64,000 nucleotides of DNA from Pelomyxa schiedti (lineage: Eukaryota > Protista > Evosea): positions 89,623 through 153,622 of the forward strand of contig JAHLWZ010000797.1 of assembly GCA_020536535.1 (NCBI GenBank). The letters run 5' to 3'. The position numbers were made by a program, and so were the translations under genes. The notes beneath the pieces are model-generated. The model was not told where the DNA came from. It saw only the letters and a list, made by a program, of their open reading frames with translations, and did no database searches. Positions 62,866 to 64,000 of this stretch are shown here, piece by piece (position 1 is the stretch's first letter; each line of letters starts with the position of its first letter).

Positions 62866-63560
62866 TGGTGACGAACAGCGGCGATTGGGTGGCGAATGAA
62901 GTGGAGGGTGACCCAGAAGCACAGCAACGAATAATGACAAAACTTGCATGTTGTGGCTGTGAATCAAGTGCAAACAACACTGTACGGCACCGATTGTGGC
63001 AGAAAACAAGTCACCGAAGAAAGTGAAAAGCTACATGTTATAAAGGCACCAACTGTTGCCTCTAACTCATTCAAGTAATTTGTTCTTAGCCTGCACAAAA
63101 ACACTTTCTGTTGGGCTTATTCATGGCACACAACCAACCCACCAAACGTAGAAACCCTTACTGCTGCTCAAAGTGTGGTTTCTTTGCAGATCACATCAAG
63201 TCCACACATGATGAACGGCTTGATGCATATGCCAACTTGGTCCATAATAATAGTGTGTAATTTTTTACTCACTCTCATTTGATCATTTGACTGTGTGGTA
63301 GGACATCTCTAAGGGAAACTCTAATATCGAAAATGGAAGAAAAAAACCACTCACGCTGTGACATTGAAGTTGCTTTGAGTGTCCCTATTGGAGAGACTGT
63401 TGTTCCCACCTTGCCTGCAAACTGTTCAGCAAACCGGGTTGCTGCTTATTTGAAAAGTCCTGGTAGCTCTCCCTGTGCCTCTTTCGTTTTGATTTAAGTT
63501 CATTCCAGGGATGAATTTATATTCTATTACTGCTGCAATACAGTGACAACATTATAAACA
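62866..63560 (+). pseudogene. Fragmentary gene-like or possibly degenerate sequence (CxxC-containing)
   Basis: Exon-like blocks separated by GT/GC-AG intron-like segments (e.g. PYCCSKCGFFADH), but no clean full frame could be reconstructed. Confidence 0.25.
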
Positions 63561-63582
63561 ATCGTGTGCCATGGACTCAGGT

Positions 63583-63788
63583 AGATTAACTGACTTGCCC
63601 TTCCTAATTATTATTATGCAAGTATGGGTGAGTTGGGAGGGGAAAAAGAATTGGAGCTGGAAGATAAAGAATTAGAGCCGGAAGGCAAAGAATTGGAGCC
63701 AGAAGGGGAATAAGAGCCGGGAGAGGCTGAGAAAGAGTTGGGAGATTAACTGACTTGCCCTTCCTAATTATTATTATGCAGGTATGGG
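63583..63788 (+). repeat. 46-bp direct repeat (63583-63628 and 63743-63788, one mismatch) flanking AAGAATTGGAGCCGGAAG-like short repeats
   Basis: AGATTAACTGACTTGCCCTTCCTAATTATTATTATGCA[A/G]GTATGGG occurs twice, 160 bp apart. Confidence 0.9.
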
Positions 63789-64000
63789 AGGGATCCAGAA
63801 GGGGTGGTTGATAGCTTGTAGGTTTGTTTTGAGAGGAGCCTGACTGATGCTTTGCAAACTGGGAGGAGCTGGCACAATATCTCCTACTGCTTATTTCAGT
63901 CCGGCTCCATACACCCCTTTTCCTCTTGGCGTTTCCCCAAGCTACATCCCAGCCTCTCCTCGCTCCTTCCTGGCACCTCCCAACTCTTTCTCAGCCTCTC
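63721..64000. repeat. Perfect inverted repeat of at least 24 bp (63721-63744 vs 63977-64000; may extend past the window)
   Basis: GAGAGGCTGAGAAAGAGTTGGGAG and its exact reverse complement CTCCCAACTCTTTCTCAGCCTCTC. Confidence 0.9.

Noticed and set aside
1-64000. Prokaryotic operons, defence systems, CRISPR arrays, rRNA or tRNA genes
   Set aside because: The sequence is intron-rich eukaryotic DNA. I saw no repeat-spacer arrays, cloverleaf or rRNA signatures, or transposase ORFs.

Overview
Gene-dense eukaryotic (protist) genomic DNA, not prokaryotic. It holds about 22 protein-coding genes split by many very short (mostly ~30-90 nt) spliceosomal introns, with GC-rich first exons and intergenic gaps of only ~50-250 bp. 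The gene style and the lineage-type ankyrin-like gene at ~10.5-12.7 kb suggest an amoebozoan, possibly an archamoeba such as Pelomyxa; this is inference and has not been verified. Recognisable housekeeping genes are TELO2, a class IV-like sirtuin, DTWD2, HAT1, eIF3f, CSTF1, an SRSF7/RSZ-like SR protein, EDRF1 and cathepsin B. Multidomain signalling genes are a C1-Sec7-PH protein, two TKL-type kinases, a RING-Bbox-Bbox-CC-FN3-SPRY TRIM, a formin, a PP2C-like protein and a TPM-TM-RING protein. The most notable observations are: (1) a nearly intronless ~2,340-aa protein with pentapeptide repeats, a tankyrase-like PARP domain with intact H-Y-E triad, TPR, a PI4K/HipA-like pseudokinase, LRR and HEAT repeats, resembling an effector or immune protein; (2) a formin with two tandem FH1-FH2 modules; (3) a readable 195-nt poison cassette exon with a PTC and UCAUC motifs in the SR gene; (4) a sirtuin with an N-terminal beta-helix-like extension and a C-terminal CaaX box; (5) a Sec7 domain lacking the catalytic glutamate finger. 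No rRNA, tRNA, CRISPR array or autonomous transposon was recognised. Gene boundaries are manual exon reconstructions and are approximate.
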